Shown: piece after piece, positions 38,756-49,125 of the stretch
Numbering within the stretch: the stretch's first letter is position 1
How the letters are laid out: the number at the start of each line of letters is the position of its first letter
DNA from: Fibrobacteria bacterium
Lineage (GTDB): Bacteria > Fibrobacterota > Fibrobacteria > UBA11236 > JADFYW01
NCBI GenBank assembly: GCA_050294405.1
Contig: JBNKOC010000001.1
Location: forward strand, 62,201 to 126,200
DNA length: 64,000 bases
Reading direction: 5' to 3'
The notes under the pieces: generated by a model
Database searches by the model: none
Told to the model about the DNA's origin: nothing
Seen by the model: the letters and a program-made list of their open reading frames with translations, nothing else
Made by a program: the position numbers and the translations under genes

Positions 38756-39838
38756 TTATAAATTTTTCCAGCAGGCTTCAAATTCTTCAGATGCCTTATT
38801 GGGTCCATATTTTCCGATAATATAATCACTTGCCGTTTTGCGGGTACTTTCTAAAGGATAATCTTCCAACAGCTGTTTTATTTTATTGCTAATGCCTTGG
38901 GGATCTAATTGTTCGAATAGATGGCAGATTGGAATTTCATTTTTGAAATGAGAATAGTTCCCTGTATTAGAACAAATAGCGGGAATACCTGACGCCATAC
39001 ATTCCAAGGCTGCTTTGCCGAATTGTTCCGCCTGCTGGTCAGTTTCCATGGTTGGGAATAGAGCGAGTCCAGCGGTTAACTTTAAATTCTCCATTGCCTT
39101 TTCATTAAGGACCCCGGTAAATTTTATCCGATCTTGCACTTTTAATTCTTTGGCCAGGGATTCCAATTTTTCTTTTTCCGGTCCATCTCCAACAATGGTT
39201 AAATGAAAGGAGTGTAAAAAGGGTAGGGATTTGATTAGTAAATCCACAGCTTTTAATTTTATTAATCTTCCAATATAAATTCCGGAACTTTTGCTTTGGA
39301 TATCTTTTACATATTGGGTATGATAAATCCACAAAGGAACAATATATACATTTTTTTGAAAACCCGAATTAACCAATCTGTTTTTAGACTCCTGCGATAT
39401 GACTATGGCTGCGGAGGCTTTTTTATAAACATAGTTTTGAATGAGTTTAAATAAAACAGGCAACTTTTTTGGTTTGTTCTCCGCAGAAAAAAATACAACA
39501 GGGCATTTTTTATAGGTTGAGAGTATTTGAAAAGTGGAAAGGCACCAGGGCTCTTCCCAGCAATAAATAATATGAGGCCTTAATCTTTTAATTAGGGTTT
39601 TAAGGTTTTTCCAAATAAAGAAGCTGTTTTTTCCTGCAAACAAGCAGTCGAGAGAATATATATGAGAATTTGATCCAGGTTTCAAATTAGCTATGTATTT
39701 TCTCTTTAATCCGGAAGACTCCCAAATTTTAGGAACTGCCAAATGATAGTCAAATTCTGCGCTGCTTTTAAAAGGAAGCCTGTTTTGTTCTGCAGCGAGG
39801 GAATGTCCGATAACCAGTATTTTTTTAGGCATGAACAT
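38756..39838 (-). CDS. glycosyltransferase family 4
   Basis: YIGRL..LK, IVGDGPE, EQFGKAALECMASG. Confidence 0.88.
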   Translation of the reverse strand: MFMPKKILVIGHSLAAEQNRLPFKSSAEFDYHLAVPKIWESSGLKRKYIANLKPGSNSHIYSLDCLFAGKNSFFIWKNLKTLIKRLRPHIIYCWEEPWCLSTFQILSTYKKCPVVFFSAENKPKKLPVLFKLIQNYVYKKASAAIVISQESKNRLVNSGFQKNVYIVPLWIYHTQYVKDIQSKSSGIYIGRLIKLKAVDLLIKSLPFLHSFHLTIVGDGPEKEKLESLAKELKVQDRIKFTGVLNEKAMENLKLTAGLALFPTMETDQQAEQFGKAALECMASGIPAICSNTGNYSHFKNEIPICHLFEQLDPQGISNKIKQLLEDYPLESTRKTASDYIIGKYGPNKASEEFEACWKNL

Positions 39839-41348
39839 TTCCTATTATTTTACGGTCCAGTTTCTGCTGCTCCCTGGATTCTACCAATAGTCGCGCTTTT
39901 TTATGGGGCAAAATATGCATGTAATAAATAAAATTAAGGGCCCCTATGGAGAGCCAAAATACCACATCTGCCGGATGGGCATTGAGGTGGTTCCCAGTTA
40001 AATTTAGGATACAAATGGTTATAAATAAGGAAAAACACAAGGATGACATTTTATGTATCTGAGGGGTAGGGGCCAATTTGATACAGCTAACTCCCCGAAT
40101 TACTGTCCATATTATTAGTATCAAAAAAATGGCAATACCCAAAAATCCTGTTTCTCCTAAAATTTGAAAATATAGGCTGTGGGCATATCCCACAGCACCC
40201 AGTCCCTGTCCTAGGGGATACTTATAATATGCGTCAAAAAGAATGAGCGTCCAGGTGTCTATTCTTTTTTGCATGCTGTATTCTTCTAGGGGATTAATTA
40301 AGGCGGAGGTTCTGTTTTTTATCATTACATCAGAAATAGATTGATTGTCGGCATTCAGGTTTTGCTGGGCCTGCATATTATCTGCATCAGAACCTATATT
40401 GCTAAAATTTAAAACCGCGTAAAACATTAATGGCATTAAAATAAAATTAGCGATGGTGAAGGCCTTTTTAAATCGAACCAGGCAAAAAATAAATAACCAT
40501 AAACTAAACATGGATGCGGCCCAATTTGTTCGAACGGTGGCGAACAGGAGCGGAGGAATGCTTACACACATACAAAAGAACCCTATTATTTTAATGTTGG
40601 CTCCTTTTTGAAATAAATAGTAAAAGCCAATTAAAAATAATATGGACATGGCATCTGATAGGGCCGCAGGAGAAACCAAGGTTGAAAAGGTTCGGATTTT
40701 TCCGTCTATAAACATTGTTGTGAAAGTTATGGTATCCAACCATAACCGTTCAAAATAGAAATAACCAAAAAGCAATTGCTTAATTGAATAAAATGCCACA
40801 AACACCAAAGTACCAGCTAAAATATGGATAATTCTTTCAATGGTATTTACATGATTCACTAATCCAATAATGGCAAAATAAAACAAAATATATATGCCAT
40901 AATATTTAAAGGAATAGGCTCCATCCAGCAGTTTTGCATTTTGCAGAAGGAATATTTTTAAAAAAAGTAGAACGAAAAACCCTGCTACCACAATGGAAAA
41001 TCGATTTTCGTTTTTCTGTTTATTCTTTACCCAGATCATTACAACGGCGGCTACCATTGAAATTAAAGCCCCATCTGCTATTAACATTAAAAAATCTAAA
41101 TTTGGCCGGCCTTCAATCAAATAATAAAGGCGTCTAATAACAGGAATAAAACATTGGATAACAATCAAATAATATAGAGCTATTTTCGGATAGATTAAGC
41201 TGGGGACCATAATAAATACTGAAATCAGCACGGCTATTTCGGCGCGGGAAGGGGTAGTCCATAGCCAGAAATTAAAAAGGATGGCAAAAAATGGTATTAG
41301 AAAAATGAGCCCATATTTTTTAGTTAAACTTGCCATAAACAGATTCAA
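39825..41348 (-). CDS. Wzy polymerase / O-antigen-ligase-like membrane protein
   Basis: About 12 hydrophobic segments; R.FST..SP, RT.W, PLGQGLG, HSLYFQILGETGFLG (Wzy_C-type). Confidence 0.8.
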   Translation of the reverse strand: MNLFMASLTKKYGLIFLIPFFAILFNFWLWTTPSRAEIAVLISVFIMVPSLIYPKIALYYLIVIQCFIPVIRRLYYLIEGRPNLDFLMLIADGALISMVAAVVMIWVKNKQKNENRFSIVVAGFFVLLFLKIFLLQNAKLLDGAYSFKYYGIYILFYFAIIGLVNHVNTIERIIHILAGTLVFVAFYSIKQLLFGYFYFERLWLDTITFTTMFIDGKIRTFSTLVSPAALSDAMSILFLIGFYYLFQKGANIKIIGFFCMCVSIPPLLFATVRTNWAASMFSLWLFIFCLVRFKKAFTIANFILMPLMFYAVLNFSNIGSDADNMQAQQNLNADNQSISDVMIKNRTSALINPLEEYSMQKRIDTWTLILFDAYYKYPLGQGLGAVGYAHSLYFQILGETGFLGIAIFLILIIWTVIRGVSCIKLAPTPQIHKMSSLCFSLFITICILNLTGNHLNAHPADVVFWLSIGALNFIYYMHILPHKKARLLVESREQQKLDRKIIGNVHA

Positions 41349-41350
41349 AA

Positions 41351-42436
41351 TTAATCCCGGTAAATATCCAAATAAGATTTTGCAACAGTTTCAGGAAAAT
41401 ATTTTTGAGAGGAGAAAATAGCTTTTTCTCTAACTTCCTTTCTTTTTTCTTCATCATTAATTAGAAAAAGCAGCAAATTTGAAAAGTCGTTGGGCTCTGC
41501 TAAATATCCATTTGTTCCCGATTCAATAATATCAAGAGCACCAGCATTTTTAGTGCTAATTACAATACATCCCTGCGACATCGCTTCAATGACACCAACC
41601 CCAAATCCTTCGTAGCTTGCCAGGTTTAAAAAGAACCAGTTTTTTTCATATGCGTCAAGCAACTTTTCTTCCTCTAAGTCCTCCATAAAAACAGGAGAGT
41701 ATTGAGAGTCGAAATGTTTTTCCCAATATTGTTGGTGAAGTTTTTTGTTCTTACACACTATGGTAAATTTGATGTCAATGCCTAGGGAACATAAATTGGA
41801 ATAAATTTCCATACCCATTTCAGCTTTTTTTCGTCCACCGATGGAACCAACAAGTAACAGGCTTGGTTTTTTGGATTTTTCCCTATTTCTTTGCAAGGTA
41901 TAAGCTTTTCCAAGCATACATGGAATTATTTTTGATATGGAATCTAAGCAATCTTGAGTATCCCTGGATATACCGACGGATTTCCCCATTTTTGAGAGTT
42001 GTTTATTTTCCTTCTTTTCAAAATAATGAGAAATATATTGGGCAGCTCTTCCTTTAATATTTCGGGAATATTGCATCTCCCTCAGTGCAGAACCATAAAA
42101 ACTTCGAACCCAGTTTTTGCCGTATTGCAGAAAGCCACCGTCTCCATGTATATGAATTATTTCAAAATTTGAAGACAATAAATCAATATTTTTCTTCACT
42201 AGAATTGGAGTGATAATTCTCTTTGCCAATTTAAAAACCAAGGGAAAATACATTAACCATTTTGGAAGCGTAATCGTTTGAATTTTATATTGTGGATTGA
42301 TAGATTGGGTGGAAAATGTCATCACGGTCACTTGATTTCCTAATTCACACAGGCTGTCTGCCAAAAAGTGCACCTGCAGCGCCACTCCAGTATAGCTGTC
42401 TGGCGGCAAGTTTCTATGGTACATTAAAATATTCAT
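41351..42436 (-). CDS. glycosyltransferase family 4
   Basis: IIHIHG; SYEGFGVGVIEAMSQG. Confidence 0.87.
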   Translation of the reverse strand: MNILMYHRNLPPDSYTGVALQVHFLADSLCELGNQVTVMTFSTQSINPQYKIQTITLPKWLMYFPLVFKLAKRIITPILVKKNIDLLSSNFEIIHIHGDGGFLQYGKNWVRSFYGSALREMQYSRNIKGRAAQYISHYFEKKENKQLSKMGKSVGISRDTQDCLDSISKIIPCMLGKAYTLQRNREKSKKPSLLLVGSIGGRKKAEMGMEIYSNLCSLGIDIKFTIVCKNKKLHQQYWEKHFDSQYSPVFMEDLEEEKLLDAYEKNWFFLNLASYEGFGVGVIEAMSQGCIVISTKNAGALDIIESGTNGYLAEPNDFSNLLLFLINDEEKRKEVREKAIFSSQKYFPETVAKSYLDIYRD

Positions 42437-42437
42437 A

Positions 42438-43532
42438 CTATAAGCTGGAAAAAAAATTAAAACTGTCCTTTGCTATTTTTTCCCAGCTATAATTTTCTCT
42501 AACATTATTATACTGCATGGTTTGAATTTCCCTATGTCTTTCTAAAGGCAAGGACCCAAGAAATTTTTTCAAATTATCAGGGCTTTCAGGATTAAAAATA
42601 GCTTCTTCACTGTTAACGATTGTGGGGATATATCCCGAGTTGCTGCCAATGGCCAGGCATCCACACAAAATTCCTTCCAGAAGAACCCTGCCAATTTGTT
42701 CCTTCCACCTTTCATTTCCTATTGAGGGTAAAACGATGTAATCGGATAATTGGTAAATTTCTAATAATTTTTCCTGGGGCAGCTGACCCAGGTATTTAAT
42801 ATTTGAACCTTGTTTTATTGTTTTTTCTAAAGGGCCAGAACCCGCCAATATCAGGGTCAAGTTCTCAAAAAAAGTGATGTTTTCGATTAAATACTGAATG
42901 CCTTTTGCCGGATGAAGACTTCCGGCATAGACTATGGCAGTAGTGTTTTCAGCTATCTTGTATTTGTTCCTGAGACTGATTTTGTCTCCGGCTCTAAAAA
43001 AATCGGGGGATACACCCAGAGGTTGAATGCTTTGTGGCTGAAAAATTCCATGTTTATTTATAACGTCTTTTATTTCTTCACTGGCGCACAAAATTCCCTG
43101 TAAGATTTTCCCATTTAGTTTTAAACTTAATTTATGGTACCAGCGGTAGTAATTTGGTTTTTCCAGATTTTGCAGGCTGTACGCCACTTTTTTTGTTTTT
43201 GGTGACAGTAAAGAACAATATGCCAGATGAATGGCACTATTCACTCTGTCGATATCATTAATAAAAAAAAGGAATTCGTATTTTTTTTTGAGCAACAAAA
43301 GAAAATATCTGGGAACCAAAAAATGGCTGCTTAAATAGGGCCAAAATAAGGAAATAATTAATTTAAAATCCAAATTTTGGTCTTTTGTAATAAATGTTGT
43401 GGAACCATGCACCCATTTTTTGGGAGCTAGGCAATCAATTTGGTAATACTTAGCTAATTCGTGAAGCCAATATTGGTAAGAAGGAACGGAAGCCCCAGTC
43501 CAAACAGCTAATAATTTAGGTTTATTATTCAT
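42438..43532 (-). CDS. glycosyltransferase family 4
   Basis: YAGSL...KG, AGSGPL, VLPS...WKEQIGRVLLEG. Confidence 0.87.
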   Translation of the reverse strand: MNNKPKLLAVWTGASVPSYQYWLHELAKYYQIDCLAPKKWVHGSTTFITKDQNLDFKLIISLFWPYLSSHFLVPRYFLLLLKKKYEFLFFINDIDRVNSAIHLAYCSLLSPKTKKVAYSLQNLEKPNYYRWYHKLSLKLNGKILQGILCASEEIKDVINKHGIFQPQSIQPLGVSPDFFRAGDKISLRNKYKIAENTTAIVYAGSLHPAKGIQYLIENITFFENLTLILAGSGPLEKTIKQGSNIKYLGQLPQEKLLEIYQLSDYIVLPSIGNERWKEQIGRVLLEGILCGCLAIGSNSGYIPTIVNSEEAIFNPESPDNLKKFLGSLPLERHREIQTMQYNNVRENYSWEKIAKDSFNFFSSL

Positions 43533-44500
43533 CTAAAATTTCTTTTAAATTTTCCTAAGTAAATGATAACCAGTTGTTCCCAACCATACATAACCATTCC
43601 GTTAACAAAACTCGTTATAATTCCAAACCCAATTTGGGTCCATTTTGTAGCAGGGAGTTTGTTGTTTTTAAAGTAAATTAGGGATTCTTTTAAATACATT
43701 TTAAGTTGTCCTGGCATGTACATTAGACACCAGTGATTCAGGGTCTCGTTAAAGCTTTTGAAATGGCGTACTTTAGAATAAGCCAATTTATGTTTTGTAA
43801 ATAAATTGTATTCCGCATTTACTACCTCTTTCCAATATGGAACCGCCCTTGCAATTTCGGAAATAAATCTTTTTTTGATTCTGGGGTGGTGAACACATAA
43901 GTCAGAGCAAAAAGGGATTTGCTCAATTGCATTTATACGGAGACCAAGGTCAACATCTTCTCTGTAATTTTTAAATGTTACATCGAAGCCACCAAGTTTT
44001 AAGACTCGTGGCACATTATAGACCATATTGGCTGTAACATAAGTACCTCCCTTAAGATTGTCTACATAATGGGTAAACTTTTGGGAAGGGTGGAATGAGT
44101 CCGTGGTAACTTTTCCCTCTACAGCAATTTTACTTATATACAAAGATGGAAGTTTTATTAATGTTGTTATATAAGTTTCGTCAAAAATACAATCACTGTC
44201 TGTAAATGCTAACCATTTTGTTCCGCAAATTTTTAATGCCTCGTTACGTGCATTGGCCCGACCGGAGGGAGGAATATGTTTCACCACAAGCAAAGGAAGA
44301 ATTTCTTTTTTTGATTCTAATAGCTGATACGTGCCATCTGTACTACCGTCATTAATCACAATAAGCGGAATATTTAGATTGGTATTTGATATGCAGCTCA
44401 GAAAATTATTTAAAAAAGCACTCAGATACTTTTCCTGGTCTTTTGTAATAAGTCCGAGACTTATCTCAGATTTGGATAAATTATTTTGCACCGCGACCAA
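43529..44500 (-). CDS. glycosyltransferase family 2
   Basis: VINDGSTDGT, GRANARN, AFTDSDC, GGFD..F...EDVDLGLR. Confidence 0.88.
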   Translation of the reverse strand: MVAVQNNLSKSEISLGLITKDQEKYLSAFLNNFLSCISNTNLNIPLIVINDGSTDGTYQLLESKKEILPLLVVKHIPPSGRANARNEALKICGTKWLAFTDSDCIFDETYITTLIKLPSLYISKIAVEGKVTTDSFHPSQKFTHYVDNLKGGTYVTANMVYNVPRVLKLGGFDVTFKNYREDVDLGLRINAIEQIPFCSDLCVHHPRIKKRFISEIARAVPYWKEVVNAEYNLFTKHKLAYSKVRHFKSFNETLNHWCLMYMPGQLKMYLKESLIYFKNNKLPATKWTQIGFGIITSFVNGMVMYGWEQLVIIYLGKFKRNFR

Positions 44501-45095
44501 AGAATATTACTGGAAAGGTTTTTAGAATTATTGAAATGTCCATTAAAAAAGAACAATTTTGAGCATAATAAACATCAAGATTTGCCATCTGAGAAAATTT
44601 GGTATTGGACCTTCCTTTTACCTGCCACAAACCAGACATACCTTGAGGAACTGTCATTCTAATTTTTTGATAGTCGTCATAGCGTTCTACTTCGCCAATC
44701 AAAGGGGGCCTGGGGCCAACGAGAGACATTTTGCCCAATAATACCAGCCAAAATTGAGGTATTTCATCTAAGCTGGTACGACGAAGCCACTTACCAACCT
44801 TTGTAATCCTAGGGTCTTTAGACATCTTAAAAGTAACTCCGCCCGTTTCATTAAATTGATCCAATTCACCTTGCTTTACATGGGCATCAACAATCATGGT
44901 TCTAAATTTTATGAACTTAAAGGTTCTTCCATATTGACCAACCCTGGTTTGGAAAAAGAAAATAGGCCCTTTGGACTCAAGTTTGATAAAAAAAGCAATA
45001 ATGGGCATTAATAAAAATAAAATAAGAGTCCCCAGCAAGCCTCCTGCTAAATCCATAAGACGTTTGGAAAATTTATAATAAGGTTTACTTCTCAT
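44481..45095 (-). CDS. priming polyprenyl-phosphate sugar phosphotransferase (bacterial sugar transferase)
   Basis: KRLMD, GPIFF.Q.RVG..G..F...KFRTM, DPRITKVG..LR.TSLDE.PQ, MSLVGPRP, GLWQV.GR. Confidence 0.92.
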   Translation of the reverse strand: MRSKPYYKFSKRLMDLAGGLLGTLILFLLMPIIAFFIKLESKGPIFFFQTRVGQYGRTFKFIKFRTMIVDAHVKQGELDQFNETGGVTFKMSKDPRITKVGKWLRRTSLDEIPQFWLVLLGKMSLVGPRPPLIGEVERYDDYQKIRMTVPQGMSGLWQVKGRSNTKFSQMANLDVYYAQNCSFLMDISIILKTFPVIFFGRGAK

Positions 45096-46338
45096 TGTCC
45101 TTTATGGCCGGGAAATATTCTTTTTGCATCTCTATGTCATAAAAATTGTTAAAGGTTGTTTTTTCCTCTTTTAAATTTTGAATGTTTATATCATAACTTT
45201 TTACTGCTTCTAAAATTTTAAGGCGTAGCTCTTGGTGATTTTCAGGCGAAAATAATTGGGAACTTATATTTTTTCCCAATAATTCAGGGATACCGCCAGT
45301 ATTTGTGGCAATACAATAACATCCACAATCTCTGGCTTCCAAAAGTACGTAGGGATAATTTTCAGAAAGAGAAGGTAAAATAAACAAATAGGACTCTTCC
45401 AGTTGGGAAATAATTTTTTCCGATTGCAATTGTCCCCAAAAGACGATACTGTGGTTTCCTAATTTATGCCTGATAGGTTTTTCTAAAATATCGAAAGATT
45501 CAGGGAAGTCATGGCCAAAATATTTTTGCAAATGCCTGTGTAGTTGGAGATCTAAATTATCTCGGGACGGGTGCTTGCTCCCAATAATGTTTACCGAATA
45601 TGAACCTCCTACAATATCTTCCAAAGCTTTCAAAAGAACGTGCAGGCCTTTTCGGAATTCCAATCGGCCTATGTAAACAATGCTGTTTTTGGATTTAGTA
45701 TTCCAATTAACGCTCTTGGTTTGGGATATGTATGGGTTAGCCAGAACTCGCACTTCTTCTTTGATATTCAAAATACTTTTTGCATAATAAGTTTTTGAGT
45801 AACGAGATGGTGAAAATACAAAGTCCGCATTTTTGCAACCGGCTTTTTGAAAATGTTTAATTTTAAATTTTTCAAAAAAATTGCCCCCTATATTCAGTAA
45901 GGAACTGGAATGAATTCGGCAAATAAACTTTTCCGAATTATTTTTTTTAAATAAATAGGCTCCTTCTCCCATAGTTTCGGGATATTCTAAAATTTTAAAA
46001 GACAATTTATCAGCCAGACTTCCATAATATTTTGCCACGCTTAAGGCCCAACATCTTGCTAATAAAAATTGCGGAAAAAATTTGCGATAAAAATACCTGT
46101 ACCAATAAAAGTACTTGGATTGGGGTAGGGGGTGTTTTGCCAGGGGGATAAAATGCAAATAAAGTTTATTGCCCAGTAATTGTTGATTAAGACTTTCACC
46201 ACAGCTAGGGTTAAAAGTGATAATATGCGTCTCAATGCCTTTGTAGGTTAAAATTTGAGACAAGAAACCGATGTATGTTCCAATTCCACCTGCGTGGTGA
46301 CCCCAAGGGGACTCTTTGGAAATAATGCAGTATTTCAT
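45085..46338 (-). CDS. glycosyltransferase family 4
   Basis: GGIGTY, YIGRLEFRKG, LPSLSENYPYVLLEA; ATG 46338 overlaps the upstream TGA (ATGA). Confidence 0.87.
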   Translation of the reverse strand: MKYCIISKESPWGHHAGGIGTYIGFLSQILTYKGIETHIITFNPSCGESLNQQLLGNKLYLHFIPLAKHPLPQSKYFYWYRYFYRKFFPQFLLARCWALSVAKYYGSLADKLSFKILEYPETMGEGAYLFKKNNSEKFICRIHSSSLLNIGGNFFEKFKIKHFQKAGCKNADFVFSPSRYSKTYYAKSILNIKEEVRVLANPYISQTKSVNWNTKSKNSIVYIGRLEFRKGLHVLLKALEDIVGGSYSVNIIGSKHPSRDNLDLQLHRHLQKYFGHDFPESFDILEKPIRHKLGNHSIVFWGQLQSEKIISQLEESYLFILPSLSENYPYVLLEARDCGCYCIATNTGGIPELLGKNISSQLFSPENHQELRLKILEAVKSYDINIQNLKEEKTTFNNFYDIEMQKEYFPAIKDNEK

Positions 46339-47486
46339 CCGTTGGCTAACCCTTGATAAAAACCCAACCACTCTTTGTCTATTTCGGGTTTAGCCTTAAC
46401 ATACCAGCCATGTTGCCTTTCTAAAAGCTCCCCATAAAATTTAGGGTTTGATTTGCACCTACCAAAAATTTCCATGAGAGTTTGGCGCAAATTTTCCGGG
46501 TTTTGGGGCTTAAATATTGGAAACCCTAACTCTTTTAAAACAACAGGCATTTCTCCAGTTGCGCTGCCTAAAACTACCAGATTTTGGGCCAACTGTTCAA
46601 AAAAAGCATACGGACTATTTTCAAATAAAGAGGGTAAAATACAGAAATGATTTTCTTCGTCGAGACTATCAATTTGTTTTTTAGAAATTTCGTTTAAGAA
46701 TTGAATGTTGATATTTGACGGTAATCTATTTTTAACGAAGTCTCTAATCAGTTTTCCGTATTCGCTTTCCATCCCCCCGCCAACAACAGTTAATTTAATA
46801 TCAATAGTTTTGATTTGACTTAGCGCAGCAAGCAAAACATCCAATCCCTTGCGCTTTTCAATTCTTCCAATAAATAAAATGCATAAAGATTCAAATGATT
46901 TGATTTTATTTCTTTTGGCTTTGTAAACTGGTAATGGATTTCTTATGTACTTTGCATAGCTGAAAGCAGGCAGGATTTCTTTTACAAAATTCAGGGATGG
47001 AGCAGTTAGATTCTTAGCCTTTTTTAAACAATATTTTTCCATAAATGATAATATCCAACCAGAGATAATATTTTGCCTTTTGTTAGGAATGACAAAGCTT
47101 GGCGTATGCACTCTAAGAATTAATTTCCGGAAATTTTCCATTTTTTTAAATGAATAAAACCCATAACCTCCAAAATCGCAAAACTCAATTATATCTTCAG
47201 GCTGTGAATTATTTACCAGCTCTTTAGCTAACCAGTTTGAAAATTCAGCGGTTATCAATGCCGGATAGGCTAACTTGTATAACATTTTTTTAAAGAACCT
47301 ATTTTCCAGGGTTAGCCTTTGTATTTCTTTTTTGTTAATGAACTTTGGATATTCATTTATGTTATGGGAATACAGCATTGTAGAAATATTGTTTTTTTCG
47401 CAAAGATTAATGCACAAATTGATATAGGTTCTGATACCTCCACCATGATCAGATTTTGGTTCGGGATCAACAAATACAATACGCAT
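46335..47486 (-). CDS. glycosyltransferase family 4
   Basis: GGGIRTY, FIGRIEKRKG, LPSLFENSPYAFFE. Confidence 0.87.
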   Translation of the reverse strand: MRIVFVDPEPKSDHGGGIRTYINLCINLCEKNNISTMLYSHNINEYPKFINKKEIQRLTLENRFFKKMLYKLAYPALITAEFSNWLAKELVNNSQPEDIIEFCDFGGYGFYSFKKMENFRKLILRVHTPSFVIPNKRQNIISGWILSFMEKYCLKKAKNLTAPSLNFVKEILPAFSYAKYIRNPLPVYKAKRNKIKSFESLCILFIGRIEKRKGLDVLLAALSQIKTIDIKLTVVGGGMESEYGKLIRDFVKNRLPSNINIQFLNEISKKQIDSLDEENHFCILPSLFENSPYAFFEQLAQNLVVLGSATGEMPVVLKELGFPIFKPQNPENLRQTLMEIFGRCKSNPKFYGELLERQHGWYVKAKPEIDKEWLGFYQGLANG

Positions 47487-47490
47487 GGCT

Positions 47491-49101
47491 TTATAAATTT
47501 TTAATTTTAAAAATTCCTTTAATGAATAATTTAGGCAGGTACTTATCCATTGCGGTTAATATTCGAATATCATCCTTATCCGGTTTAAATAAAACCAAAG
47601 ACAACAGGATGTAAATCGAAAACCCTGTAAATACTGCGAACGTCAGACGCAAAAATCTAGGATGAAATAGATATGCTATTTTAGAATGCAAATTTTCATT
47701 TAGCCAACCTCTTAATGTTTTAAAAACATTAAAGGTTTCAATATCCTGGCGGATTAATAGAAATAAAATGATCCCTAAAAACACACAGCTAAAAGAAATT
47801 TTAAATAGTGAAAACCACGGCACTTTTAATTTCATAAATCCGATTAAGTAAACAAAACCTCCAATGGAACCCAAGATTGTTACTACGCTGAAACAAAATC
47901 CTGCCCCTAAAGCTCCAAATCTTGGAATCAATAAATAGTTTAAAAGCAGGTTCAGAATAGCCAGTATTCCGCCGTACCAAAATATGTATCTTTGCTTATT
48001 GGCGGCGTAAATAACGGCGCTTCCCGGTTGAGATAAACAAGTAAAAATCGTGCCAATGCACAATAATTGAAAACAACCCTCTGCCTGGGAGTACGCCTGT
48101 CCATACAGAAGAACAATTATTTCATAGGCGCATACAATACAAACAGTACAGATTGGGAAAATTAAAAATGCGGAATACCGAAGAGCGAAATAATATGTTT
48201 TGTTTCTGTATTTGGGGTCCTTGTTTTCTTCTTGTTCAGACGCCAATGGGAGCAGCACTTTCCACATAAGGGAAGGAATAACACCCGTAATTTTAAGCAC
48301 CAGGTTTTGGGCCAGATTATAAAATGCAAGTTGGGAAGCCTGGCAGTATCTTCCCAAAAAATAATTTTCTGATCTATTCCACACAATTTGATCAACCAGA
48401 GAAATTGAAAAAACACTTTTGTTATAGGCGCCTAACTTTTGTTTTTCTTCGCTGTCCATGGTTGAAGCCTTAAATAAGCCATCAATCAAGCCTTCTCTTT
48501 TTCCTGCCCAAATGTAAAAGCTTAGATTTATAAGGGAAAATGCAAGGTTCGCCCATAACATAGACTCAATTCCATATCCCATTAATAGCAGGACTATTTT
48601 AGAAATAAGGGATAGGGGAGTAATAGTAACAGATTGCAATCCCTGGTACTTAAAATTTTGCACCCCCTCTAATAAAGCAGAAAAAATAGCTGTTTGCATT
48701 CCAGGCGTTATAGCAACAAACGCTATAATGAAAAACCGAGCTTCATTCGGAGAAAAATAATGGTCGGCAATAAGGGGCGCTATTACAATTAATCCTATAC
48801 TGGAAATCACTGTTATTATTAATTCAATAATAATAATGTGTTTTAACATGGATTTTAGGCCATCCGGATTATTTTTTGCTTTATAAGAAGCTGAAAATCG
48901 AATAATACTGGTTATGTATCCCAATGATATGAGAGAAGAAATAATACCGGAAAACCAAAGTACTTGATGGTAAATTCCCAGTTTGGTTGGCTGAAGTGTT
49001 CTAGCTAAAACTATTGAGGCAATCATGCCCAAAGTCATATTGACCGCATTAGAGGATAGAAAATAAAGACTGTTTTGTATTATGCTCCTTATTTTCTGCA
49101 T
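47491..49101 (-). CDS. wzx: Wzx-type oligosaccharide flippase
   Basis: Polytopic; ARTL.P..LG.Y, LNLLLNYLLIPRFGALGA; located inside the GT cluster. Confidence 0.85.
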   Translation of the reverse strand: MQKIRSIIQNSLYFLSSNAVNMTLGMIASIVLARTLQPTKLGIYHQVLWFSGIISSLISLGYITSIIRFSASYKAKNNPDGLKSMLKHIIIIELIITVISSIGLIVIAPLIADHYFSPNEARFFIIAFVAITPGMQTAIFSALLEGVQNFKYQGLQSVTITPLSLISKIVLLLMGYGIESMLWANLAFSLINLSFYIWAGKREGLIDGLFKASTMDSEEKQKLGAYNKSVFSISLVDQIVWNRSENYFLGRYCQASQLAFYNLAQNLVLKITGVIPSLMWKVLLPLASEQEENKDPKYRNKTYYFALRYSAFLIFPICTVCIVCAYEIIVLLYGQAYSQAEGCFQLLCIGTIFTCLSQPGSAVIYAANKQRYIFWYGGILAILNLLLNYLLIPRFGALGAGFCFSVVTILGSIGGFVYLIGFMKLKVPWFSLFKISFSCVFLGIILFLLIRQDIETFNVFKTLRGWLNENLHSKIAYLFHPRFLRLTFAVFTGFSIYILLSLVLFKPDKDDIRILTAMDKYLPKLFIKGIFKIKNL

Positions 49102-49125
49102 ACATTATATTTTCCCGGGAAAGGT